Below are positions 45,505-55,411 of a DNA stretch of 64,000 nucleotides, in pieces. The notes under the pieces were generated by a model. It saw nothing but the letters and a program-made list of their open reading frames with translations. It did not search any database and was not told the DNA's origin. The position numbers and the translations under genes are program-made. Each line of letters begins with the position of its first letter. Position 1 is the stretch's first letter. The stretch is taken from the IMG/VR virus record IMGVR_UViG_3300042889_001272, positions 1 through 64,000 of that record, one strand, 5' to 3'.

Positions 45505-46472
45505 TGGAAACAAGCGGTAAAGATACACTGAGTTGGTTGCATGGCTTAGAAGATTATTTGAAGTTTATGGATTCTTCTTTGGCCGAGAATTATGTTCATC
45601 AATTGCTATCTCTAAATTATTCGGAAAATCCTTATTTTCCGTTAAGAAAACTTATTGTACATGCAAAAGAAAATATCGTCGGAGACTCTGATTTATTCAG
45701 GAAAGCAGTTGATGAATTACTAACATCTTTTGAAATTATTTGCACAGAATCTGACAAGGAACTAAGCATACGCACATTTGCATACATTGCCAAGCTAGCT
45801 AATCCAGATGAAAATGTTTTTTATATACTACATGAATATTTTAAATTACATAATGGCGAGCAAGAAATTAATGCTATCTCCGATGCATTTAGTCGTAGTC
45901 AAATTAAAAGTAAGGTATGGCTAGTTGAAGAATTATCTAAGATAGGATTAAAGTACGATAATGTCGTAATAATGGCTAGTTGGTTTGGACAATTAATTCG
46001 TTTGTTAGATAAAAAATTAATATTTAAAAAAGCTCGGTTGCTCGAGCTAGATAAATCTGCATGTATAATTAGTGATAAAATTTTTAACTTTGATAATTTA
46101 GATGGATATCGAGTCAAGAGCATAAACGCTGATATTAGTGCATTAACCGCAGTTAAGTCTGGATATATTTGGAACATCGAAAACTTTACTAATAACAAAG
46201 TGTACGAGGAAAAGTTTCTTCCAGACTTGATTATTAATACCAGTGCAGAACATATGGACGAAGAATGGTTTAATCAAATTAGATTTAAAGAATTTGAAAA
46301 CAATCCTGTTGTTGCGATACAAAGCAACAACCTATTCGACATTCCTGAGCACATTAATTGTGTGCATGGCATTGATCATATGAAGAAAAAGTTTCCAATG
46401 AAAGAGATTTTGTTTGAAGGTGAACTTCAATTAAAAGGGTACAAACGAGTCATGCTAATCGGCAGACCTTGA
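45504..46472 (+). CDS. Methyltransferase-like phage protein
   Basis: DAFS.SQI.SK.WL, V.IMASWFG, ELD, DLIINTSAEHM, QSNN. Confidence 0.6.
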   Translation: METSGKDTLSWLHGLEDYLKFMDSSLAENYVHQLLSLNYSENPYFPLRKLIVHAKENIVGDSDLFRKAVDELLTSFEIICTESDKELSIRTFAYIAKLANPDENVFYILHEYFKLHNGEQEINAISDAFSRSQIKSKVWLVEELSKIGLKYDNVVIMASWFGQLIRLLDKKLIFKKARLLELDKSACIISDKIFNFDNLDGYRVKSINADISALTAVKSGYIWNIENFTNNKVYEEKFLPDLIINTSAEHMDEEWFNQIRFKEFENNPVVAIQSNNLFDIPEHINCVHGIDHMKKKFPMKEILFEGELQLKGYKRVMLIGRP

Positions 46473-46482
46473 TAAGTACTAA

Positions 46483-46547
46483 CAGCGGCCTTTGAGCATC
46501 ATCCCGCTTTACAAACTCTGCTGCCTATGCTATAATTAACATAGGAG
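46483..46547 (+). promoter_or_regulatory. Structured 5' leader of the queD-like gene
   Basis: cagcgg can pair with ctgctg or with ccgct; the cctatg/catagg hairpin covers the SD. Confidence 0.4.
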
Positions 46548-46552
46548 AAAAC

Positions 46553-47059
46553 ATGGCACAATTACAACCTGTACAATATATGTACACATCAACAAAAGAG
46601 TATCACGACGCATTTCCCTGCGCTTATCGTCAGTGGAGGGCAGATAGTCACTGTAACACAATTCACGGCTACTCGTTTAGCATGAAGTTTTACTTTGGTA
46701 CCAACTATCTAGATGCACGAAACTGGGCAGCTGACTATGGCGGCCTAAAAGAACTTAAAGGTGTGTTGGAAAGCCAATTTGATCATACACTACTTGTTTC
46801 CGAAGATGACCCCCATATGGATCTGTATCTAGAAATGCAAAAGCGTGGCATTGCTAAACTTACTATACTACCAAAAGTAGGTTGCGAAGGCCTAGCAGAT
46901 CAGCTTTACAAGTATATCAATGGTGTGTATATCCCAGATTATCTAGGACACGGCGAGGCACAACGCTTGTGGTGCTATCGTGTAGAAGTACGTGAGACAC
47001 AAAGTAACATGGCTTTTAGAGAAGGTCATCGCGAATGGAATGAGAATTTGTTTGCGTGA
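46553..47059 (+). CDS. queD: 6-carboxytetrahydropterin / 6-pyruvoyl-tetrahydropterin synthase (T-fold)
   Basis: C..IHGYS, DYG.LK, FDH, E.LA, V.ET..N.A. Confidence 0.85.
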   Translation: MAQLQPVQYMYTSTKEYHDAFPCAYRQWRADSHCNTIHGYSFSMKFYFGTNYLDARNWAADYGGLKELKGVLESQFDHTLLVSEDDPHMDLYLEMQKRGIAKLTILPKVGCEGLADQLYKYINGVYIPDYLGHGEAQRLWCYRVEVRETQSNMAFREGHREWNENLFA

Positions 47060-47247
47060 ACAGCTTAGAACGCATTTGGGCTAGGGCAACGGGACACCTA
47101 ATGGGCGAGTCAGATCATGATCGCCCAGATGTGCCAATACTTTCACTACGTGAAGCAAGGATTGCACTGTTCTTTAAAACCTTTTGGGTGGTGATTCACA
47201 TCATCACTTGCTTGTTTATTATAGCAAATACTATTCGTCATTGGTAA
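47056..47247 (+). CDS. Small membrane protein
   Basis: GTG start overlapping the queD stop; C-terminal TM segment. Confidence 0.6.
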   Translation: MNSLERIWARATGHLMGESDHDRPDVPILSLREARIALFFKTFWVVIHIITCLFIIANTIRHW

Positions 47248-47249
47248 TA

Positions 47250-47888
47250 TTATAAGTGTGCTTCGAACAATTCAATACATTCGTTCCAGTGATGAATTCT
47301 GTCAGCAAGTCCTAGTGTGCCGCCGTTGATGCGTTTAGACAATAGTACAACATCACCCTTGTCGCAGATATCGTTTAATTTATTTTTGTGCCAAAACCAG
47401 CAGGCACTTAGAACTGCGTATTCTGGTTCACAGACTAGATCTGGATTTTGCACAAGACAATCATCACCAAACAAGTCTTTGCTACACTGTGTGTAATTTG
47501 CACGGCCTGTGAGTTGCACTAGTCCACGACCACGGAATTTAAATCCGTCACCACTGGCTTCAGGGCCGTTGCCCATGCGATTAGCATAAACTCTATTGGC
47601 AATCATTTCTGGTTTTCTTGCGTAGGGTTTAGCTGTGTTTAAATCGGGAAAGTATTTTTTAAATGTGCCCACAAGACCCTTGTCACTGTAGTTTAAGTTT
47701 TCTACTAGTGCTGTGAAGTCTGCACTTTCATGTTGACATTGGCTGATAAAACCAGCAACACGGGCCGGTGTAACAATGGCAAATTGTGGCAATTGATTGC
47801 ATAATCCTTCATACCACTCGTTGGGGTTTTTATTCTTCTTAATGCATTGTGCCAGCATCTCGGCAGTAAATTCAAAAGTAAAGTCCAT
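47250..47888 (-). CDS. GH19 family lysozyme (endolysin)
   Basis: F.SQC.HES, ENLNYS, FRGRGLVQLTGRANY, SACWFW, INGG..GL.DR. Confidence 0.92.
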   Translation of the reverse strand: MDFTFEFTAEMLAQCIKKNKNPNEWYEGLCNQLPQFAIVTPARVAGFISQCQHESADFTALVENLNYSDKGLVGTFKKYFPDLNTAKPYARKPEMIANRVYANRMGNGPEASGDGFKFRGRGLVQLTGRANYTQCSKDLFGDDCLVQNPDLVCEPEYAVLSACWFWHKNKLNDICDKGDVVLLSKRINGGTLGLADRIHHWNECIELFEAHL

Positions 47889-47934
47889 GATTGTCTCCTA
47901 TACGAATATTTACCTTTTTGCAATCAAACTAAAT

Positions 47935-48651
47935 TTATGTCAAGTCGACTCGTTTAACTATGTCTTCAAATGCAGGTCGAGGATATACTTTTTCTACATT
48001 AGATGGAGAGAACGGAATTCGTTTAAAGCTGTCAACTCTAGGGTCAAAATAATTATGCCAAGTATGTTGATCTTTACCGTAGCCTATTCCCATGATAAAT
48101 CTAAAATCTAATGCTCGAGGATCATTATCTATGTTAAAAATCTCGGTGGCTCGTTTATAATTATTACAAATATTTTGACACATTCCAGTTTGTATACCTT
48201 TGTTAGCAAGAGCCAGCATTATATAGGCAGAGAATATTCCAATTTCTATATTTTCTGTTTGTCTCTGGCCGCCGTCGATGTCATTGGTTCTGTGTTTCCC
48301 TTTTCCAAAGCCGTCGAGCGTTCCTCGAATTGATTCAGTTTCGTATCGCGTTTCTAAATCACCAACCCATCTAGCACTAAAACCCAGTAACCAAGGTGCA
48401 AGTACTTGTGGATTTCCATGATCTTCTTCAATAGTTGCATGACCGTTTCGTTGACATATGGTCATTATTTCTTTTCTAATAGCAGGGTCATTATTTCTTA
48501 ACAAGTGTACTTGATATGGAAATTGCAGATTCTTACTTGGAATATGCTGATATACTTCTTGTAATGCTGACAATATTATACTTTCTTCAGGTACAGTATC
48601 GTCCCAAGCAAATGTTGTATGCCTGGCTGTTATTAGTGGGATCCAATCCAT
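47935..48651 (-). CDS. Nitroreductase-fold protein
   Basis: R.T.F.W, IPSK.LQ.PY, QV.AP, L...GIQTG, MGIGY. Confidence 0.7.
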   Translation of the reverse strand: MDWIPLITARHTTFAWDDTVPEESIILSALQEVYQHIPSKNLQFPYQVHLLRNNDPAIRKEIMTICQRNGHATIEEDHGNPQVLAPWLLGFSARWVGDLETRYETESIRGTLDGFGKGKHRTNDIDGGQRQTENIEIGIFSAYIMLALANKGIQTGMCQNICNNYKRATEIFNIDNDPRALDFRFIMGIGYGKDQHTWHNYFDPRVDSFKRIPFSPSNVEKVYPRPAFEDIVKRVDLT

Positions 48652-48722
48652 GTCAACTCCTTAATATTATTCTTGATGCATTATGTCGGCATCTCGCCTA
48701 TAATTGACTCTTATATGAATAT

Positions 48723-50378
48723 TTACCTTTGATAAATCTTATCCCAAGTTCCGGCATCATTTTTCTGCCAGCCTGCTTGTGCTTGTTTCCAAGTTCCATC
48801 GTCATGTTTGACATATACTGCTTGTGTTGGCCTCCACGTATTTGTAGCATCTTTAATGTAAGAATATGTGACGTCTCCTACTAGATTAATATAAGCAATG
48901 CGATTTCCTCCACCATGCAAACTGCGTGTATTAGCATAATCAGTAGACGATCCTGTGGTATATAACATATTGGATGTTGCATTTGAAATTACTAAATCAC
49001 GAATTTGTGCAGGTGTGTATCCTGGATATAATTGTAATAATTGTGCGGACAGACCTGCAACATTAGGACTAGCCATAGACGTTCCCGAAATACTCATAAT
49101 TTTGTAATTACTGTTGAATGGATAAGCTGTGGCAGCGCCATATTTATTAGTGGTGCTGGCGGTACTCACAATATTCGTGCCAGGGGCCCATACATCGACT
49201 CTTGGACCTGATTCACTTGATCCAGATTTTTCTTCAGGATTGTCACTAGACGTAGTTATATTTCCGACACAAATAACTCCGGATGCAGACGTAGGTGAAC
49301 CACCTCGCATATAATAAGTACTAGATCCACTAGTATTAGTATAATAGTTATTGTAATCCAAACCTCCCGGTGCATCAATGGTTTGATAATAATTACCAGC
49401 GGCACCGCATATTATGATTCCGGCTGCAATCATTTCTGCTATGTCAATATCAACCGAATCAACTCTGACACCAAAAATATTACCAGTGGAGCCTCCGCCA
49501 ATCATACCATACTCGGCCATTTTAGTTGAAGTTGCATATGTAGTACCACGATATGTTACACTTTCTATACTACTAAATTGAGTAATATAACTCCAACTCA
49601 TATTAACAACAGTTAGACGTTTATATCCCGTTGCTGGGTCAATCGGTTTATTATTATGCCAGCCTTTAATAGTATCAAAACAATCAGTAACTGAAATGCC
49701 CGTTGTAGGTGACACTGTAAGACCACTTACTGACATTACATATATGCGAGAATTTTTTGCTCTGCCATAAGTTTTGCCGGCTGCTATACCTGTGCAGTGA
49801 GTTCCATGTCCGTCATAGTCTGTATAAAATGTTGCAAAACTAGGCATAGTACCTGAAACGCCACTAGCGGTATACCAGTTGATTTGTTGCACTCTTGTCA
49901 CACCACTGGCATCAGTAAATTCAGGATGGTCTATTTGACAACCCGAATCAGAAACAACAAAATCTACACCTGTACCATCTAATGAATAATTGTAGTTCAG
50001 TGTACCAGATGATCCGGGTGTATTATTAGTTGTAGAATTTAGACGAAAGAGCCCCCAATTTATGCCAAGATTATTTGCTGGATTAGTTCCTGGACTTTTA
50101 TAATACAATCCCGTTTGCACCGCACTGTGTTTAAGTTCAATATCAGTACGATGTTCTGGTGGAATCTCTGCACAATAAACTCTAGGATCATTGCGTAGTT
50201 TTTCTGCCTCTTCATTAGACAGTTCATACCAGCATTGTCGTAAACTAGTAGGGCGTTCATTGACTATACTAACGGATCTGTTAGGAATATATGTACTATC
50301 GGATCCGTTAGTTTCTATTTCATTCCAAAAAGCATCATAATCGACACCTTCGTTTAGTGCTACGTTATATGTTGTCAT
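48723..50378 (-). CDS. Subtilisin-like (S8) serine protease, probably virion-associated
   Basis: VVSDSG, HGTHCTG, AAGN and GTSMASP catalytic motifs; N-terminal prodomain; C-terminal YVK..GTWK repeats. Confidence 0.9.
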   Translation of the reverse strand: MTTYNVALNEGVDYDAFWNEIETNGSDSTYIPNRSVSIVNERPTSLRQCWYELSNEEAEKLRNDPRVYCAEIPPEHRTDIELKHSAVQTGLYYKSPGTNPANNLGINWGLFRLNSTTNNTPGSSGTLNYNYSLDGTGVDFVVSDSGCQIDHPEFTDASGVTRVQQINWYTASGVSGTMPSFATFYTDYDGHGTHCTGIAAGKTYGRAKNSRIYVMSVSGLTVSPTTGISVTDCFDTIKGWHNNKPIDPATGYKRLTVVNMSWSYITQFSSIESVTYRGTTYATSTKMAEYGMIGGGSTGNIFGVRVDSVDIDIAEMIAAGIIICGAAGNYYQTIDAPGGLDYNNYYTNTSGSSTYYMRGGSPTSASGVICVGNITTSSDNPEEKSGSSESGPRVDVWAPGTNIVSTASTTNKYGAATAYPFNSNYKIMSISGTSMASPNVAGLSAQLLQLYPGYTPAQIRDLVISNATSNMLYTTGSSTDYANTRSLHGGGNRIAYINLVGDVTYSYIKDATNTWRPTQAVYVKHDDGTWKQAQAGWQKNDAGTWDKIYQR

Positions 50379-50390
50379 AATTCTTTATAA

Positions 50391-51371
50391 TTAATACTGA
50401 TACCAGATATCACCAGCAACTCCTTCACTATTAGTAGGAGCTCGTTGTTCACGCCATACTTTTACACTTTGGCCGTTAGTGCCGTTAGTGCCTGCAACTC
50501 CATTTGCGCCAGCTGGACCTCGTGCGCCCGTAGCACCTGTCGGACCTGCAGGTCCTGTGGCACCAACTGCGCCAGTATCGCCTTTTGCACCTTGTGGTAT
50601 TGTAAAGTTTAATGTTGCGACATTTGCAGTTCCTGTGTTAGTAACTATTACAGATGAACCAACTGCGCCAGTAGTCACTGTGCCAACAGCAACGGTTGCC
50701 GCTGTTCCCGTAGCACCGACTGCGCCCCGAGCTCCTGTTGCACCTATAGCGCCGCGAGGAATTGTAAAGTTTAATGTCGCGGCATTAATGGTTCCCGTAT
50801 TAGTAACTATTACAGATGAACCAACTGCGCCAGTAGTCACTGTGCCAACTGTTAATGTTGCTGCCGAACCTGTATCGCCTTTTGCGCCTATAGGACCCGT
50901 AAAACCAACTGGGCCCTGAGCTCCAGTCGGTCCTACAGTTCTACCTGCATTTATCAATGTATCATTTGTTCTTGTTAAAATTAAATTTCCACTAGGATTT
51001 ACGACTGCGTCCTTGATGCCAACACCTGTGGGGCCTATTGGGCCCGCTGATCCTGTGTCGCCTTTAGATGCGACAGCACCTGCAATGCCTTGCGATCCGG
51101 CCGGCCCTGTATCTCCAGTATCGCCTTTTGGTCCAGTATCTCCAATATCGCCTTTATCGCCTTTTGGTCCAGTATCTCCAATATCGCCTTTATCGCCTTT
51201 TGGTCCAGTATCTCCAATATCGCCTTTGGGCCCAATAGGTCCTAGAATTCCATTAGATGGGCCTTGTGGCCCTGTGTCTCCTTTATCACCTTTTGGTCCT
51301 TTGTACCCAGTGGGGCCTGATATTCCTCTCGGTCCTTGCGGTCCCCTAAATCCCTTTAGACTTGTAGCCAT
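50391..51371 (-). CDS. Collagen-like (Gly-X-Y) tail-fibre-type protein
   Basis: Long GPxGxxG tracts, two TVGTVTTG...LNFTIP units, C-terminal APT...GDIWYQY. Confidence 0.85.
   Translation of the reverse strand: MATSLKGFRGPQGPRGISGPTGYKGPKGDKGDTGPQGPSNGILGPIGPKGDIGDTGPKGDKGDIGDTGPKGDKGDIGDTGPKGDTGDTGPAGSQGIAGAVASKGDTGSAGPIGPTGVGIKDAVVNPSGNLILTRTNDTLINAGRTVGPTGAQGPVGFTGPIGAKGDTGSAATLTVGTVTTGAVGSSVIVTNTGTINAATLNFTIPRGAIGATGARGAVGATGTAATVAVGTVTTGAVGSSVIVTNTGTANVATLNFTIPQGAKGDTGAVGATGPAGPTGATGARGPAGANGVAGTNGTNGQSVKVWREQRAPTNSEGVAGDIWYQY
51121..51227. repeat. Three tandem copies of a 36-bp unit in the collagen gene
   Basis: tcgccttttggtccagtatctccaatatcgccttta x ~3. Confidence 0.9.
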
Positions 51372-51479
51372 AATATATTCTCCCGTATCCAATATTTACC
51401 AAAATCTACGACTAAAGTACTATATTATTCATAGGTTATTCAAAATTAAATAAATAGTACTATAATTTAGGAGCAGGAT

Positions 51480-51626
51480 ATGAGTTGGTTTAAACATCGT
51501 CCACGTATTAAAGAGCCTGCTGTACCTCACTCACACAGAACTTCTAGTCCTATACTAGATGAAATTAAAAAGAAGGCCAAAGAGGCTGGACCAAATTCAA
51601 AGCCTAAACCGGCTAAAAAGGAATAA
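51480..51626 (+). CDS. Small basic protein (48 aa, MSWFKHRPR...)
   Basis: SD aggag/agga; ends 1 nt before the next ATG. Confidence 0.55.
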   Translation: MSWFKHRPRIKEPAVPHSHRTSSPILDEIKKKAKEAGPNSKPKPAKKE

Positions 51627-51627
51627 A

Positions 51628-52218
51628 ATGGCACTAATTGATTCAGTATTAAATTTAATTAACAAACAACCTAAAGATCCGGATGCTCCTAAGCCACCGG
51701 TAGGATCACGTAGCGAACGTGAAGCTAAACTAAAAGACAAAGCCGGTATGGTTATTTCTATATTTGCATTGTTACTAGCAGTTAACAGTTGGTATGGTGG
51801 TACATTGAGTAGCTTAACATTAGGTAATACTATTAAAGCAAACAATATATGGGCATTCTATCAATCTAAGAGCATTAAACAAACTCTAGCAGAACAAAGT
51901 TTAGATGATGCTACAGTACGTAAAGATACAGCAAAGATGGCCGTGCTACAAGCCAAGATTGACCGTTACGAAAGTGATCCTAAGTCAGGTGAAGGCAAGA
52001 AAGAGCTAATGGAAAAAGCACGAGTATTAGAAGTAGAACGTGATGAAGCTAAACAACGTAGTCCATGGATTGGTTATGCTAATACATTATATCAACTAAG
52101 CATTGTTGTGCTATCAGCAAGTATTCTTGCAGTCAGTGTAAGCATGTTTTGGGGTAGCTTCTTTGTTGCAGGTTTAGGTCTGTTGCTAAGTGCTCAAGGC
52201 TTATTTTTATTCATATAA
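51628..52218 (+). CDS. DUF4337-like membrane protein
   Basis: TM segment, N.WAFYQSKSIKQ, C-terminal TM segments. Confidence 0.7.
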   Translation: MALIDSVLNLINKQPKDPDAPKPPVGSRSEREAKLKDKAGMVISIFALLLAVNSWYGGTLSSLTLGNTIKANNIWAFYQSKSIKQTLAEQSLDDATVRKDTAKMAVLQAKIDRYESDPKSGEGKKELMEKARVLEVERDEAKQRSPWIGYANTLYQLSIVVLSASILAVSVSMFWGSFFVAGLGLLLSAQGLFLFI

Positions 52219-52221
52219 ATT

Positions 52222-52626
52222 ATGCAAATAACATATTCACAAGGCTACAAATATCAACTAGAAAAGGACTTTATAACTGAAGTCGACTTATTCGGCGAAA
52301 GCGTGTCAAGTCCTTTTATTGACCTTAGACCCGACGGGTATCTATTAATTAAAAAAGGATATTCATGGGATGGTCCGAGCGGGCCGGCCGTTGATACTAA
52401 AAACTTTATGAGAGGAGCATTGATACACGATGCTCTTTATCAACTAATGCGAGAATACGGATTAAATCGAGACCATAGACCTATTGCCGATAAAATTATG
52501 AAGCAGTTTTGTTTAATGGACGGAATGAATCCTGCTCGTGCATGGATAACATGGTTTGGTGTTAGACTATTTGGCAGAGATAGTGCTAGGCCAGAAGGCA
52601 GTTATAAAATCACAACTGCTCCGTAA
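52222..52626 (+). CDS. DUF1353-like phage protein
   Basis: GY.WDGPS...GALIHDALYQ...AD...VRLFG. Confidence 0.75.
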   Translation: MQITYSQGYKYQLEKDFITEVDLFGESVSSPFIDLRPDGYLLIKKGYSWDGPSGPAVDTKNFMRGALIHDALYQLMREYGLNRDHRPIADKIMKQFCLMDGMNPARAWITWFGVRLFGRDSARPEGSYKITTAP

Positions 52627-52657
52627 TACTGACAAATTAAGCATAAATATAATTACT

Positions 52658-53476
52658 ATGAAAAAACTTCTTACCCTTTTATTCGTACTGGTTACCTCAC
52701 TAGCACAGGCACAGATGCCAGGTTCCACAGTACCCCTGCCCGCAGATATTGCCGCAATTAAGAAAGCCAATGTTCTTGTTGTTGCAATGACCAAAAATGA
52801 TGTTCCGCCTTTCTTCTCTGGAGAAGGCGATGATATCCGAGGTCTTGACGTTGAGATTGCTCGACGTATTGGCGTCCTGCTTGGCGTCCCTGTACAGTTC
52901 AGACGAGATGCAGTAAGTTTTGCTGAAGTTGTCGAACAAGTTCGTGACGGCAGAGCAGACATTGCAGTTAGTAAATTATCTGTAACTGGTCCACGTTTAC
53001 AAGTTGTTAAGTTCAGCGCACCCTATGTTAAACTAAGACAAAGTTTGGTCATTAACCGACTATGGTTAAGTCAAAATAGCAAAGGCAAAGAAGTTTATCA
53101 AGTCGTTAGAGATTTTAATGGCAAGATAAGTTTTATTCGTAATTCAAGTTACGACACATTTGCCCGTATCAACTTTCCTAATGCAACCTTCCTCCCGGAA
53201 GATAAATGGGATGTAATCATTGACAAGGTCACACGTGGCGACATCGCTGCCGCTTATCGTGATGAATTTGAAATTAAGAAAATTGCTTTTGAAAAGCCTG
53301 ATGCAGCCATCACTACCAAGAGTATTACAATTTCAGACAGCGTGGATAATATTGCTATTGCAGTGAATCCCCGAGCTGTCCAACTATTAAGTATTGTAGA
53401 TCACGTAATTAAAAATGAATTCAATAACATTGACACTAAAAAGTTAATGGACAGATATAAAGCTGAAAAGAAATAA
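52658..53476 (+). CDS. Amino-acid substrate-binding protein (family 3)
   Basis: Signal peptide, PPF, GLDVEIA, V..GRADIA, FS.PY. Confidence 0.85.
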   Translation: MKKLLTLLFVLVTSLAQAQMPGSTVPLPADIAAIKKANVLVVAMTKNDVPPFFSGEGDDIRGLDVEIARRIGVLLGVPVQFRRDAVSFAEVVEQVRDGRADIAVSKLSVTGPRLQVVKFSAPYVKLRQSLVINRLWLSQNSKGKEVYQVVRDFNGKISFIRNSSYDTFARINFPNATFLPEDKWDVIIDKVTRGDIAAAYRDEFEIKKIAFEKPDAAITTKSITISDSVDNIAIAVNPRAVQLLSIVDHVIKNEFNNIDTKKLMDRYKAEKK

Positions 53477-53485
53477 GGACACATC

Positions 53486-54763
53486 ATGACAACAGCACAT
53501 TTAAAAAGTTTCCTGGTTAGTCCCTGGACTATTTTAGGATCAATTATTGTAGGTATATTAAGCGGAGTATATATTCCTGAGTTTAGTATTAGCCTTGACA
53601 GTATTGGTAGTATCTATATTAGTTTGTTAAAGGTAGTTGTACTACCATTCTTATTAGCAACTATCCTAGTTGGTATCATTGGCTTGCTACAAAAAGAAGG
53701 CAGTCAAACATTAATTCGTAAAATCATCATTGGCTTTGTCAGCAGTATGTTTATTGCCGCGGTCATAGGAGTAGGTACTGTAATGGTCACCGGTACAGAA
53801 ATGACACCTGAGAAGAAAACACAGCTTGGTGTACTAGTCAACGACAAAGACAGCGGCACTGATTTAAACATCACGCTTAAAGAACCAATGCCGCAGGCAG
53901 CAGAAGTTAGTGCTGGTAAGATGGCAGAGAAGTTTATTCCAGAAAATATCTTTAACACACTAAACAATGGTGAGAGTTTAAAGATCGTTATCTTCTGTTT
54001 AATCTTTGGTGTAGCATTAGGACACTTAAAAACAGAGGGTCAACGCATGTTGGTTGAAGTACTTAAGAGTATTCAACAGGCAAGTATTAGTATCTTTAAG
54101 TTCTTAAACTATTTCTTGCCCATTGCACTATTAGCAATGATTTCATCACAGGTAGGCAAAGTAGGCGTGGGAATCTTTATGACCATGTTTGACTTTGTGT
54201 TCCAACAGTTTATTGGCGGAATGCTAGTTATTGCGCTAGGTACAGTTGTAATCTGGATGCGTTCTGGATTGAGTCTAATGACTGTTATACGTGAAACTAA
54301 AGAAACGCTAATTGTTGCTGTTAGTTCACGTAGCTCATTGGCCTGTATCCCATATGCACAAGAAGCACTACACAGACTACACTTTGACAAAGGCGGAGTT
54401 GAACTAACTGTTCCACTAAGTTTCACTGTTAACCGTATCGGTAGTATTGTTTACTATGCTATTGCTACAGTATTCATTGCCAACATCTATGATGCACCAT
54501 TGGGCCTAACAGGACTAGCAGTAGTATTATTTGGTAGTATCTTAGCTGGATTAGCAAGTGCTGGTACAACCGGTATCCTTACAGTTGCTACAGTGGCAGT
54601 TGTTTGTGACTTGTTAAAACTACCAAGTGAAGCGGTATTGGTATTACTAATTGCAGTTGATCCATTAATGGATATGATCCGCACTGCAAGTCACGTACAC
54701 GGAAACGTAGCAGTCACAGCATTTGTCTGTGATAAAGAGGCACCGGAAAGTGGACAAACTTAA
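53486..54763 (+). CDS. Dicarboxylate/amino acid:cation symporter (GltP/SDF family)
   Basis: Multi-TM, IP.NIF, SSRSSLA, PL..T.N..G, IAVD...DM.RT..V.GN. Confidence 0.9.
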   Translation: MTTAHLKSFLVSPWTILGSIIVGILSGVYIPEFSISLDSIGSIYISLLKVVVLPFLLATILVGIIGLLQKEGSQTLIRKIIIGFVSSMFIAAVIGVGTVMVTGTEMTPEKKTQLGVLVNDKDSGTDLNITLKEPMPQAAEVSAGKMAEKFIPENIFNTLNNGESLKIVIFCLIFGVALGHLKTEGQRMLVEVLKSIQQASISIFKFLNYFLPIALLAMISSQVGKVGVGIFMTMFDFVFQQFIGGMLVIALGTVVIWMRSGLSLMTVIRETKETLIVAVSSRSSLACIPYAQEALHRLHFDKGGVELTVPLSFTVNRIGSIVYYAIATVFIANIYDAPLGLTGLAVVLFGSILAGLASAGTTGILTVATVAVVCDLLKLPSEAVLVLLIAVDPLMDMIRTASHVHGNVAVTAFVCDKEAPESGQT

Positions 54764-55352
54764 AGATTTTCTTTTAAGTTTATTAACATATATAGGCGAA
54801 AGTCCATTTCGTCTATTCACTGTTGTATTCTTATGTATACTGGGCTTTGGTGGCTGGATAGTTTATTCTGAAAAAGATAACTTCATGGCCAGCTATCGTG
54901 CCCAGCAAGCCATGCCCAAGATGAATGGTCGGTATGAAGAAGCATATAATTTCTTGTTGAAGCACACAGACATAGAACTCGTGTCTATCATGGAAGTCAA
55001 CACATTAATAAACACAAGAAAAATTGTGTTCTTGGCCACACGCAATGGCGGAAAGATTAAAGAACACAATGGATTAGACGTTGGATTGTTTAGTAAAAAC
55101 TACGACAACAACAATGATGTCATAGGACTAATGTCCGGTAAAATTCCTTGTAGTCCATATCTTAAGCCGCAGAGTCTCATTGGCTTTACCTACAAGGAAA
55201 CTGGTGTAAATTATATGTGCAGGATCAGTGTGCCTGCAGAGCCCGGAGTGTTCATTGGACAAATCAGTGTAGGTTGGAAAGAACAGCCTGCAGATGTCGA
55301 AGCGGCACAAACAGCATTAGTCATTGCTTCTGCGTTATTATTTAAAAAATGA
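54750..55352 (+). CDS. T4 holin (gpT)-like protein: single TM plus periplasmic GAF-like domain
   Basis: N-terminal amphipathic helix and one TM, then a Cys pair and the ..C..SVP....IG.ISVGW pattern. Confidence 0.45.
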   Translation: MDKLKDFLLSLLTYIGESPFRLFTVVFLCILGFGGWIVYSEKDNFMASYRAQQAMPKMNGRYEEAYNFLLKHTDIELVSIMEVNTLINTRKIVFLATRNGGKIKEHNGLDVGLFSKNYDNNNDVIGLMSGKIPCSPYLKPQSLIGFTYKETGVNYMCRISVPAEPGVFIGQISVGWKEQPADVEAAQTALVIASALLFKK

Positions 55353-55411
55353 GACTTCCTACTGTCATTGTTGTTGGCATTTTGATAATCATTGTATTTT
55401 TTATACTATGA
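55349..55411 (+). CDS. 20-aa hydrophobic mini-protein (MRLPTVIVVGILIIIVFFIL)
   Basis: ATGA overlaps with both the upstream stop and the downstream start. Confidence 0.45.
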   Translation: MRLPTVIVVGILIIIVFFIL

